NCBI GenBank assembly: GCA_964461035.1
Contig: CAYWRI010000010.1
Coordinates: 1-46,874, forward strand
Reading direction: 5' to 3'
Length of the DNA stretch: 46,874 nucleotides
Origin: an uncultured Methanosarcinales archaeon
GTDB lineage: Archaea; Nanobdellota; Nanobdellia; Woesearchaeales; CAYZNE01
Shown here: piece by piece, positions 27,865-36,273 of the stretch
Position numbering within the stretch: the stretch's first letter is position 1
Layout: the number at the start of each line of letters is the position of its first letter
Translations under genes and position numbers: made by a program
Notes under the pieces: model-generated
Told to the model about the DNA's origin: nothing
What the model saw: only the letters and a program-made list of their open reading frames with translations
Database searches by the model: none

Positions 27865-30195
27865 ATGAAAGAACCAAAGACAGATAAAGAATTGATTGAT
27901 ATGTATAAATCTAAAGTAGATTCAGAAATACATAAAGATTTGAATATTCCTAAAGATATTGGTTCTGAAATGTATTCAAAATTTAGAGTTAAAGTAGAAA
28001 ATAAATTAAAAAAAGATTTTAATAGTGATCAAAAGCCTTTAAAACAAATAACCTCTCGACAATATGATGAATTCAGAAATTCTTTTCTTCCAAAAAATCT
28101 TTCATGGTATGAAAAAGCTTGCAATGTTTCTGAGTCATTACTTCATATGCAAGCAAATCCTTCGAAAGTAGAGCAAACAAAAGAAGATTTAGCTACTTGT
28201 CATTTAAATTGTACTCCTGCAGGCATTACAAGTTTCGCAATTCTCGGACCATTAATATTCATGGTAGTATCTTCAATATTTGGATTCATATTTCCAATTC
28301 TTGCAGGCGACAATGATCCTCAAGCAGGATTGTTTTTTGTTATGTTTTCAATAGTTATTGGATTTATTTTAATGCTTCCATTAAACAAATTTCCAAGTTT
28401 TTTAGCAACATCTTGGAGAATGAAAGCAAGTAATCAAATGGTTCTTTCTATTTTCTATGTTGCAACATATATGAGACATACTTCTAATCTTGAATTAGCA
28501 ATTGATTTTGCAGCAGAACATCTTAGTCCACCATTATCATTAGACCTAAAGAAAGTTATCTGGGATGTTGAAACTCAAGAGCATTCATCTGTAAAAGAAT
28601 CTTTAGAAGCATATCTTGAAAAATGGAAAAAATATAATATGGAATATATTGAATCAATGCACCTCATAATATCAAGTTTATATGAAACATCTGAAACAAG
28701 AAGATTAAATGCACTTGACAAATCATTAGAAGTCATACTTGAAGAAACAAAAGATAGAATGATGCATTATGCTCAAAACCTTAAAACGCCTCTTGATACT
28801 TTGAATATGTTAGGTATTGTTCTTCCAGTTCTAGGTTTAGTAATTCTTCCTTTGATGGTAAGTTTTATGCCTCAAGTAAAATGGTATCATCTTGCAAGTG
28901 TATATAATATTGCATTACCAATTATTGTTTATTACTTAGGAAAAAACATATTGGCTACAAGACCTTCAGGATATGGTCATGTTGATTTATCCCATGTTTC
29001 AGAATACAAAAAATATTCTAATATAATTATAAAAACATCTAAAAAGGAAATTATTATAAGTCCTATTTATTTGGCAGCATTAGTTTTTATACTTTTTTTT
29101 CTTATTGGAACATTTCCTTTATTTTTACATGCAGTGGCTCCCGATTTTGATTTAGTTGTTGTTAGTGATTCTAATGGGGGCGTTGCTTTAAGAAACATAC
29201 TTCTTGTTTCTGATAAAACTACAATACAACATTCATTATTAGGTTATAGATTTGATTCTGAATCTTTAAGAAACATTGGTCCTTTTGGACTTGGGGCTAC
29301 GTTGTTATCGTTAATGATTCCTATTGCTTTTGGAATTTCTTTAGGATTATATTACAAATTGAAATCAAAAAATGTTATGGGTGTAAGAGAGAAAACAAGA
29401 AAACTTGAAGAAGAATTTGCTTCATCTCTTTTTCAATTAGGTAATAGATTAGGAGATGGAATTCCTCCTGAACTCGCTTTTAGTAAAGTATCGCAAGTAA
29501 TGACTGGAACAATATCAGGTAAATTTTTTGACTTAGTATCTTTGAATATAAGTAAAAAAGGAATGTCTGTTGAAAAAGCAATTTTTGACAAAAAAGAAGG
29601 TGCAATAAATTTTTTCCCTTCTAATTTAATAGATACTTCAATGAAAATTTTAATTGAGTCTTCAAAAAAAGGTTCGCTTATTGCAAGTAATGCACTCATT
29701 AATGTATCAAACTATATTAAACAAATGCACAGAGTTGATACAAGATTAACAGATCTTATGACTGATGTTGTATCAAGTATGAAAGCACAAATAAGTTTTT
29801 TAACACCTATAATTGCGGGAATAGTTATAGGAATCACAAGCATGATAACAACAATTCTGGGTTCTTTAACAACTCAAATGAACTCACTTTCTGAAATGGG
29901 AACAAGTTCTGGTGCAGGAGGTCTTTCAACTGTAAGTCTTTTATCCATGTTTAATGCGGGTGTTCCCACATACTATTTTCAGGTAATAGTTGGTTTATAT
30001 GTTGTTCAAATTGTTTTTATATTAACCATAATTAGCAATGGAATAGTAAACGGTTCTGATAAACTAAATGAAAAGTATCTTCTTGGTAAAAACATGATTT
30101 CAAGTACACTACTATATGTTTTTATTGGAGGTGTAGTTATACTTATATTTAACCTAATTGCAGGTTCAATACTTTCAGGTTTAAGTGCGGGATAA
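27865..30195 (+). CDS. FlaJ/TadC-like polytopic membrane platform protein (776 aa)
   Basis: Many TM segments alternate with cytoplasmic helical domains. The gene lies immediately downstream of the secretion ATPase, which is the canonical FlaI-FlaJ arrangement. Confidence 0.5.
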   Translation: MKEPKTDKELIDMYKSKVDSEIHKDLNIPKDIGSEMYSKFRVKVENKLKKDFNSDQKPLKQITSRQYDEFRNSFLPKNLSWYEKACNVSESLLHMQANPSKVEQTKEDLATCHLNCTPAGITSFAILGPLIFMVVSSIFGFIFPILAGDNDPQAGLFFVMFSIVIGFILMLPLNKFPSFLATSWRMKASNQMVLSIFYVATYMRHTSNLELAIDFAAEHLSPPLSLDLKKVIWDVETQEHSSVKESLEAYLEKWKKYNMEYIESMHLIISSLYETSETRRLNALDKSLEVILEETKDRMMHYAQNLKTPLDTLNMLGIVLPVLGLVILPLMVSFMPQVKWYHLASVYNIALPIIVYYLGKNILATRPSGYGHVDLSHVSEYKKYSNIIIKTSKKEIIISPIYLAALVFILFFLIGTFPLFLHAVAPDFDLVVVSDSNGGVALRNILLVSDKTTIQHSLLGYRFDSESLRNIGPFGLGATLLSLMIPIAFGISLGLYYKLKSKNVMGVREKTRKLEEEFASSLFQLGNRLGDGIPPELAFSKVSQVMTGTISGKFFDLVSLNISKKGMSVEKAIFDKKEGAINFFPSNLIDTSMKILIESSKKGSLIASNALINVSNYIKQMHRVDTRLTDLMTDVVSSMKAQISFLTPIIAGIVIGITSMITTILGSLTTQMNSLSEMGTSSGAGGLSTVSLLSMFNAGVPTYYFQVIVGLYVVQIVFILTIISNGIVNGSDKLNEKYLLGKNMISSTLLYVFIGGVVILIFNLIAGSILSGLSAG

Positions 30196-30290
30196 ACCCC
30201 AAAAGAACAAAATTTTGAAAATTAGCGATTACAATATTAAAATTAGTGCTATTTAGACACATTTAATTTTTCAAAAACTATATAAATAGT

Positions 30291-30725
30291 GTGATTAATG
30301 TTGACATTGTATTGGTAATAAATATGAATGGAAATAAAAAAGAGATGAGTGAGGGAGTTAAATTACGCACTACAAATTTCGGAAAAAAATTATCTGATAA
30401 TGTGGCAAGATTTGGTGGTAGTTGGACATTTATTATTATATTTTTGTCCTTTTTAGTTATCTGGATAATAATAAATAAAGCTTGGGCAAATTCTTGGGAT
30501 CCTTATCCGTTTATATTACTTAATTTAGTTTTATCTTGTATTGCTGCATTACAAGCACCAATAATTCTTATGAGTCAAAATAGGGCTGCAGAACGGGATA
30601 GAATAAAAGCTGAACGAGATTATTATGTTAATAGAAAATCTGAAAGAGAGATAGAAGATATGCAAAAAGATCTTGATGAAATCAAAAAAATGATTAATAA
30701 TATTCATTTAAATTTAAGAAAATAA
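30291..30725 (+). CDS. DUF1003-family membrane protein (start uncertain; the internal Met at ~30324 is possible)
   Basis: WDPYPFILLNLVLSCIAALQAPIILMSQNRAAERDR matches the DUF1003 core. Confidence 0.5.
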   Translation: MINVDIVLVINMNGNKKEMSEGVKLRTTNFGKKLSDNVARFGGSWTFIIIFLSFLVIWIIINKAWANSWDPYPFILLNLVLSCIAALQAPIILMSQNRAAERDRIKAERDYYVNRKSEREIEDMQKDLDEIKKMINNIHLNLRK

Positions 30726-30800
30726 TAAATTTAATTATTAACTTTTTTACTCAATGTTAACTAAGGTTTATTCTTGAAAGGAAAAATATTTTACTATTTG

Positions 30801-30956
30801 TTAACGAGATTTTACAATTATTATACTAATTACTGAATTGATTCAACATTATAATAAAAGTGTGTTGTAGCTAAAACAAAGGTAAGATAGCACTTGGAAT
30901 ACTTCATAAATTTAGTGAAAGCAGATAATACTTATTACAAACTTAACTTGCTAACT
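30801..30956. repeat. Intergenic repeat element, copy A (homologous to 32461..32612 and partly to 27752..27829)
   Basis: The shared blocks are ttaNcgag..., ...agcacNtNgaataNt..taaatttagtNaNagca...ttattaNaaacttaactYgctaact. Confidence 0.6.
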
Positions 30957-31064
30957 AAAAATGTATTTATCTTAGTTTAATCCACGGCAATATTTTTTAT
31001 TATTTTGAACAGACTCTGAAAATAGAAAGCTTTTAAAAGAGAGTTAAATTCTTTGATATATTAC

Positions 31065-31139
31065 GGGGCTGTAGGGTAGCCTGGTCCATCCTCTCTGGTT
31101 TGGGACCAGAAGACCCCAGTTCGAATCTGGGCAGCCCCA
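31065..31139 (+). tRNA. tRNA-Pro (anticodon UGG)
   Basis: Acceptor GGGGCUG pairs with CAGCCCC, then discriminator A. T-arm CCCAG-UUCGAAU-CUGGG. Anticodon arm UCUGG-UUUGGGA-CCAGA with U33 and UGG at positions 34-36. The D region is slightly irregular (2 nt between the D and anticodon stems). Confidence 0.75.
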
Positions 31140-31222
31140 TTTAATTGTGAATAACAAAGAAAGTTTATTATAATCAATAGCATTAAAATAACATAAGTAT
31201 ATAAGGAGAATAAAAAGTTAAA

Positions 31223-31468
31223 ATGGTAACAAAACAATCTGGAACAACGAGAAGATTAGGTTCAAGGTATGGAAGAACCATACGTGCAAAATTAGGAAAA
31301 ATAGAGGCAACACAAAAAAAAACATATAAGTGTCCTGAATGTAAATACAAGAAAGTAAAACGAAAATCTGTGGGGATTTGGCAATGTTCTAATTGTGGAT
31401 TAAAATTTACAAGTAAAGCATATTTTGTTGATAAAAAACCTAAAGTAAAACAAAAATTAGAAGAATAA
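31223..31468 (+). CDS. rpl37ae: Ribosomal protein L37Ae (eL43)
   Basis: AAGGAG Shine-Dalgarno motif. C4 ribbon CPECKYKK...WQCSNCG. N-terminus GTTRRLGSRYGRTIR. Confidence 0.9.
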   Translation: MVTKQSGTTRRLGSRYGRTIRAKLGKIEATQKKTYKCPECKYKKVKRKSVGIWQCSNCGLKFTSKAYFVDKKPKVKQKLEE

Positions 31469-31481
31469 TTAAGGGGTGAAA

Positions 31482-31619
31482 ATGGCTAGTTATAAATGTT
31501 TTAATTGTAATAAAGAAATATCTGATAGATATATTCAAAAAAGAATAAGATGTCCTTATTGTGGAAGTAAAATAATATTTAAACCAAGACAAACAATAAC
31601 TACTGTTAAGGCTCGATAG
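31482..31619 (+). CDS. rpoP: DNA-directed RNA polymerase subunit P (Rpo12/RPABC4), 45 aa; absent from the ORF track
   Basis: MASYKCFNCNKEISDRYIQKRIRCPYCGSKIIFKPRQ has CxxC-x13-CxxC. AAGGGGTG Shine-Dalgarno motif. The position between L37Ae and Pcc1 matches the conserved archaeal arrangement. Confidence 0.75.
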   Translation: MASYKCFNCNKEISDRYIQKRIRCPYCGSKIIFKPRQTITTVKAR

Positions 31620-31620
31620 A

Positions 31621-31878
31621 ATGTTTAAAGCTTCAATTGATATTACTGAATGCGAATTAAATAAAACTGCATTAGATTTAGAAAAACTTTTTAATGCAGA
31701 TAATTTTGAAGCTAAAACAAGCAAAGTTTATTTTCAACGACAAAATAATGGTAATATTAAAATAACTATTGAAAGTGGAGATGTTGTTTCTTTTAGAGCA
31801 AGTTTAAATGGAATAACAACTATGTTAAGTATATATTATCAAAGTAAAAAAACAATAATAGAGGAACAAAATGAATGA
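31621..31878 (+). CDS. pcc1: Pcc1-like KEOPS subunit
   Basis: Size ~85 aa. The pattern ...KITIESGDVVSFRASLNGITTMLSI resembles Pcc1 (...RGTVNSYLRWI...). It lies in the conserved L37Ae-RpoP-Pcc1-PfdB context. Confidence 0.55.
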   Translation: MFKASIDITECELNKTALDLEKLFNADNFEAKTSKVYFQRQNNGNIKITIESGDVVSFRASLNGITTMLSIYYQSKKTIIEEQNE

Positions 31879-32203
31879 ACAAAAAATAGAAGAACTTTCA
31901 ATACTTCAAAAGAATGTTGCAAATCTTTCTGCTCAAAAACAACAATTTGTAACACAGTTAGCAGAGTTTGATTCTGCATTAAAATCATTAGACGATACAG
32001 AATCTGCATATAAAATAATTGGAAATATCATGATAAAATCTTCTAAAGAAGAACTAAAAAAAGATATTACAAAAAAAATAGAAATTCTTGAAGTGCGAAT
32101 TAGATCATTTGAAAAACAAGAATCAAAACTTAAAGAAAAATCAGAATCTTTGCAAAAAGAAATTATGTCTGAAATGAATGAAAAAAATAGTAATGAGAAG
32201 TGA
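31871..32203 (+). CDS. pfdB: Prefoldin beta subunit
   Basis: ~110-aa coiled-coil protein. LQKNVANLSAQKQQFVTQLAEFDSALKSLDD...IGNIMIK is typical of PfdB. Confidence 0.7.
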   Translation: MNEQKIEELSILQKNVANLSAQKQQFVTQLAEFDSALKSLDDTESAYKIIGNIMIKSSKEELKKDITKKIEILEVRIRSFEKQESKLKEKSESLQKEIMSEMNEKNSNEK

Positions 32204-32208
32204 TTAAA

Positions 32209-32439
32209 ATGTCTTTTAATGAAATTATAGAATCTTTAGAAATACTTAAAGAAGAAGTTGGCCTTCCTAAAAATCTTAAGATTAAAATTAATCAAATTAT
32301 GAAAATTCTTCTTAATGATGAAGAAAGTGAAGAAATTAGATCTCACAAAGCTGAAACAATTCTTGAAGAAATGTCTTCAGATACATCTTTACAATCATTT
32401 GTAAGAACTCAAATATATCAAATTACGAGTTTGATGTAA
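32209..32439 (+). CDS. Small helical protein, UPF0147-like
   Basis: LPKNLKIKINQIMKILLNDEESEEIRSHKAETILEEMSSDTSLQSFVRTQIYQITSLM shows two-fold pseudo-repeat helices as in the UPF0147 family. It is located after pfdB. Confidence 0.4.
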   Translation: MSFNEIIESLEILKEEVGLPKNLKIKINQIMKILLNDEESEEIRSHKAETILEEMSSDTSLQSFVRTQIYQITSLM

Positions 32440-32460
32440 TAACTTATTTCTTTAAATTAA

Positions 32461-32612
32461 TTAGCGAGTCAAATAATTGGTATTATGTGCTTAATTATTA
32501 TAATGAAATTGTCTCGTCAGAAGTGGGCATCTTTGGGGGAGAGAGCACCTTTGAATAGTGTGTAAATTTAGTAAGAGCACAAAATAGTTATTAAAAACTT
32601 AACTCGCTAACT
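32461..32612. repeat. Intergenic repeat element, copy B, bounded by a 15-16-nt imperfect inverted repeat (32453-32468 / 32602-32625)
   Basis: aaattaattagcgagt ... actcgctaacttaattaa. The internal G+C-rich core is gggcatctttgggggagagagcacc. The element is homologous to copy A at 30801..30956. Confidence 0.6.
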
Positions 32613-32862
32613 TAATTAATAATTTATTTTCAACTAGTAATTAAATAATTCTGAAATACGATAGTTATATTTATAATAACCATAATAATTTTGGGTTTAT
32701 ATTTAAATAAAATAAGCTTACTTTATTCTAATTCAGTACTTTTGTTGTTCTGAATATACTTTATAACCAATACATTTATAATTGATAATATTGATTTAAT
32801 ATAATATCTATAAAGCTTTTAATTTGTTTAATTATTTAATTAATGTGTAGAAACTGAAGAAA

Positions 32863-34329
32863 ATGGTGAGTAATTCAGGATTTGATCAGAGAATTCTTAA
32901 TGCTATACTTTATTTTATGAATAAAGGTTATGAATTTAATCAAATAAATTCATATTTATTGAACAAAGGATTTTCTCAACAAGTAATATCACAATACTAT
33001 AATTATGCTTTATCCAAATTTAAAAACAATCAATCTCAAAATTCTTTTCAAAATCAAGCAGTATCAAATACGCAAGCAACAATAAATCAATCTCAAAATT
33101 CAGGATTAACACATAAGAACACAAGATTACTTGTTCAAATTGTAGAATATATAAGAAATATGGAAAATAGAGGATATACTTTTCAACAAATTAAATCTTA
33201 TCTTATTCAAAGAGGTTATCCTTCAAATTTAATAGATGATGCAGCTGCACATCTTCAGCCCAACCAATTTCAAAATTCTCAACAACAATATGCAAATAAT
33301 TTAAATAATAATCAAAGTTCAATTTCAAGTTCTAATAATCCTAATGAAACTACAATCACAAATAAACATGAATTACACGTTCCTTCTAAAACCATGTTTC
33401 ATTTAATGGCAATATTTGCAGTCATTATTCTTTTAGGAGGGGGAATGTTTTATTTTTTTAATTTAAATCCTAATAAAGATGTGCTTTTAGATTTAATAAT
33501 TTATAATGAGGAAAAACTGCTTGAACCTGGAGCAGATTTAACTTTTGACTTAACAATTTTAAGTATGGGTGCAAGAGAAATGTTTGATATAACTTTAACA
33601 TATAAAATTTTAGATGAAAATCTTAATGTTATTGATTCAAATCAAGATACTGTTGCAATTCATACTCAGACGCGTATTGCACCAAGTATTAAACTTCCAC
33701 GTAATATTCCTGAAGGAATTTACACAATGAAAGTTTATTCTGATTATTCTGGAAAAACAGCACAATCTAGTTTTGATTTTAGAGTTGAAAACTTTCAAGT
33801 TTCGGGAATTAATAGTAGTGTTAACGATACACTTCCAAATAATTTGACTACAACTATTCCAAATAATAATCTTCCTGATGTAATATTACCTCCAGCTATA
33901 GACGACCCTAATAGTTATGAAGTAATTAGTTTTAGAGAATTTTTAGATAAAATATTTAGAACAAGCGATAGTTCTGAAAGAGCAATTCAAAAATGTCTTA
34001 ATATTAGAGAAAATCGAAATAAAGAAACTTGTATAGAAATGGTTTCTATAGAATACAATAATTCAAATATCTGCGCAGAAATAAACTCAACAGATATCAG
34101 AGATGATTGCTATTTATCACACTTGTTTAATAAAGACTTAACTGTTTGTGATAATATTATTAATTCAGATTCAAAAGCTAATTGCAATCTTGTAAAAGAT
34201 TTATTCATTTTAAGTCAATATGATGATGAGAATATGACTATGGAAGAAATAATTGCAAATACGGATATTAATATTACTATAATAACAGACAGCACTCTTG
34301 AAGAAGTAGAGGTTCTCACAATAGAATGA
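32863..34329 (+). CDS. Single-pass membrane protein: duplicated ~40-aa N-terminal cytoplasmic domain, Q/N-rich linkers, TM, Cys-rich extracellular C-domain
   Basis: NAILYFMNKGYEFNQINSYLLNKGFSQQVI compares with VQIVEYIRNMENRGYTFQQIKSYLIQRGYPSNLI. The TM is HLMAIFAVIILLGGGMFYFF. There are 6 Cys in the last 120 aa. Confidence 0.5.
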   Translation: MVSNSGFDQRILNAILYFMNKGYEFNQINSYLLNKGFSQQVISQYYNYALSKFKNNQSQNSFQNQAVSNTQATINQSQNSGLTHKNTRLLVQIVEYIRNMENRGYTFQQIKSYLIQRGYPSNLIDDAAAHLQPNQFQNSQQQYANNLNNNQSSISSSNNPNETTITNKHELHVPSKTMFHLMAIFAVIILLGGGMFYFFNLNPNKDVLLDLIIYNEEKLLEPGADLTFDLTILSMGAREMFDITLTYKILDENLNVIDSNQDTVAIHTQTRIAPSIKLPRNIPEGIYTMKVYSDYSGKTAQSSFDFRVENFQVSGINSSVNDTLPNNLTTTIPNNNLPDVILPPAIDDPNSYEVISFREFLDKIFRTSDSSERAIQKCLNIRENRNKETCIEMVSIEYNNSNICAEINSTDIRDDCYLSHLFNKDLTVCDNIINSDSKANCNLVKDLFILSQYDDENMTMEEIIANTDINITIITDSTLEEVEVLTIE

Positions 34330-34829
34330 TATCTAAAAGAGCCATGATGCAAATGATGAATTTTATTATTGTTGTAGTTTCTATTTTTCTTGTTTTGTTA
34401 ATAAGTTTAATATTTTATAGAACTCTTGATGTGACCGTCAGTGAAAGTCAATATATTGATATGGTAAATAAAATTGAAGTTGAAGTTGATTCACTTTTAT
34501 ATCAAACTTATGGAACAAGTGAAGAAATTTATTTTAATACTCCTAAAAATACTGAAAAAATATGCTTTGTTGATTACGATGTTGCTAATTTATTTGCAAA
34601 TATTGGTGATGAAAATGCTAAAGAAATTGCAAATAGAATAAAAACTTCAGAACTTTCTCCAAAACCAAATGTTATAATTCTCAATTCAAAAGAGAACAAA
34701 TATACAACATTATATGCAGGACCAATAACTGTTTATCCATCTGATGAAATATATTGTATTATTGTTCAAGGAAAACTTAATCTTGAACTAAAAAATATTG
34801 GTAAAAAAATATTGGTGAATGAAAAATGA
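34326..34829 (+). CDS. Small N-terminally membrane-anchored (possibly pilin-like) protein, translationally coupled to its neighbours
   Basis: ATGA overlaps are present at both ends. The N-terminus MISKRAMMQMMNFIIVVVSIFLVLLISLIFY is a charged stretch followed by a hydrophobic stretch. Confidence 0.4.
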   Translation: MISKRAMMQMMNFIIVVVSIFLVLLISLIFYRTLDVTVSESQYIDMVNKIEVEVDSLLYQTYGTSEEIYFNTPKNTEKICFVDYDVANLFANIGDENAKEIANRIKTSELSPKPNVIILNSKENKYTTLYAGPITVYPSDEIYCIIVQGKLNLELKNIGKKILVNEK

Positions 34830-36190
34830 AAAAAATATGGTTAATTTTTAGTTTATTATTGTTAATGTCTTTAGTTATACAATCAGTATTTGCAGATACC
34901 GTGGATGCAACGTCTTTAGAATATGTTTTTAGTGATAAAGCAGATAAATTAATGATTGGATCAAATTTATGTTTAGAAGAATCAGGTGCAAAATGTGCTC
35001 CTGTAATAAGTTTTTCTGTACAACAAGATGCTAATGTAAATATCTTGATTAATTTAGCAGATTCTGTTAATATATCTGGAAGAGCTTGTTTAGTTCAAGA
35101 AATAGAGCACACTACTTGGAATGAAGTAATGGGTTCAATATTTTCGTGCACTTATTTTAATACTGATGGAGCAGCTATTAGTTTAGAAAAACAATTTTTT
35201 CAAGGAATAAATAAAGTTGTTTTAATTCCTGATTCAGGAACAGGAAATACTGATTTAACACAGGTGTCACTAATTTTAACAACAGAAAATTCGAGCTTTG
35301 GAAATAATATGTCTAACACATCAAATATGCCTAATGAGCCCGATGTGATAATTGATCCAATTACAATATTATCACAGGAGGATGTGAGTAAATGCATGAT
35401 AGAAAATGTTTATTTTGAATTTTCTGAAGTTATGTTAAACATGCCTGTTAATATAAAAATAAAAACAACTGAATGTGCAAACTCTGTTCTAAGAATTCAA
35501 ATATTCAAAAAAGGATTAACTGATTTACTTGTTTCAGAACAACAAGCATTAGTAAACAAGAATGAAATTTCATTATTATGGATTTCTGATAAACTTGGAG
35601 AATTCTATGTTAAAGTAATATCTGAAAACACCAAAAAATCAGAACCAGTCAAAATCATAGATTTTAATGTATATCAAATACTTGAAGAAAACAAATTCTA
35701 TGAAGTTATGTCTCAAGTTCGACAAGTATCAAGATCAAATGTGAGAATTGCAATAGACATATGTGCTGCAATGCCCAGTGTAGTTGAGCGAGATGCATGC
35801 TTTGAAGAATTAGCAATTAGTTCTCAAAACAAAAATATTTGTTCAAAAATAATTGAAGATAATAGGAGATCTTCTTGTAAAGAAGTTTTTGTTTTATATG
35901 GTGATTTAGGTGGGTGCATTGAATCAGATAATAAGGCAATGTGTGCATTAGTAGGGTTGATAGCTAAAGACCAAGATTTTATTATGTATTTTTCAAAACC
36001 AGATAATGCTGCTAACAATGAAGATATAATAATGAAGAAAAAGCTCAGAACAAATTCATTTTGGTTGATTATAATTATTTTACTAATATTGTGTATAATT
36101 GTGTTTGTTGCAATGGAACTATGGAATAAAAAATTACACAAAACACAGAAAGTAAGAAAAAGAAAAAATATTCGAAAAAAAGAAAAATAG
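34826..36190 (+). CDS. Secreted Cys-rich surface protein with Sec signal peptide and C-terminal TM anchor plus K/R tail
   Basis: Signal peptide MKKIWLIFSLLLLMSLVIQSVFA. C-terminal anchor FWLIIIILLILCIIVFVAMELW followed by KKLHKTQKVRKRKNIRKKEK. About 17 Cys are present. Confidence 0.5.
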   Translation: MKKIWLIFSLLLLMSLVIQSVFADTVDATSLEYVFSDKADKLMIGSNLCLEESGAKCAPVISFSVQQDANVNILINLADSVNISGRACLVQEIEHTTWNEVMGSIFSCTYFNTDGAAISLEKQFFQGINKVVLIPDSGTGNTDLTQVSLILTTENSSFGNNMSNTSNMPNEPDVIIDPITILSQEDVSKCMIENVYFEFSEVMLNMPVNIKIKTTECANSVLRIQIFKKGLTDLLVSEQQALVNKNEISLLWISDKLGEFYVKVISENTKKSEPVKIIDFNVYQILEENKFYEVMSQVRQVSRSNVRIAIDICAAMPSVVERDACFEELAISSQNKNICSKIIEDNRRSSCKEVFVLYGDLGGCIESDNKAMCALVGLIAKDQDFIMYFSKPDNAANNEDIIMKKKLRTNSFWLIIIILLILCIIVFVAMELWNKKLHKTQKVRKRKNIRKKEK

Positions 36191-36273
36191 TTTTAACTAC
36201 TTGTATTCTTGTCTACATATGGATATCAGTAAATTTTTAAATGTGAAGTATTTCTTTAGAATAGGGTGTTAAG

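Noticed and set aside
31065-31139. Alternative anticodon assignments for the tRNA
   Set aside because: Only the fold with stem UCUGG/CCAGA gives a 7-nt loop with U33. Other registers leave 5-nt loops or unpaired stems. Pro(UGG) is kept, but the irregular D-region lowers confidence.
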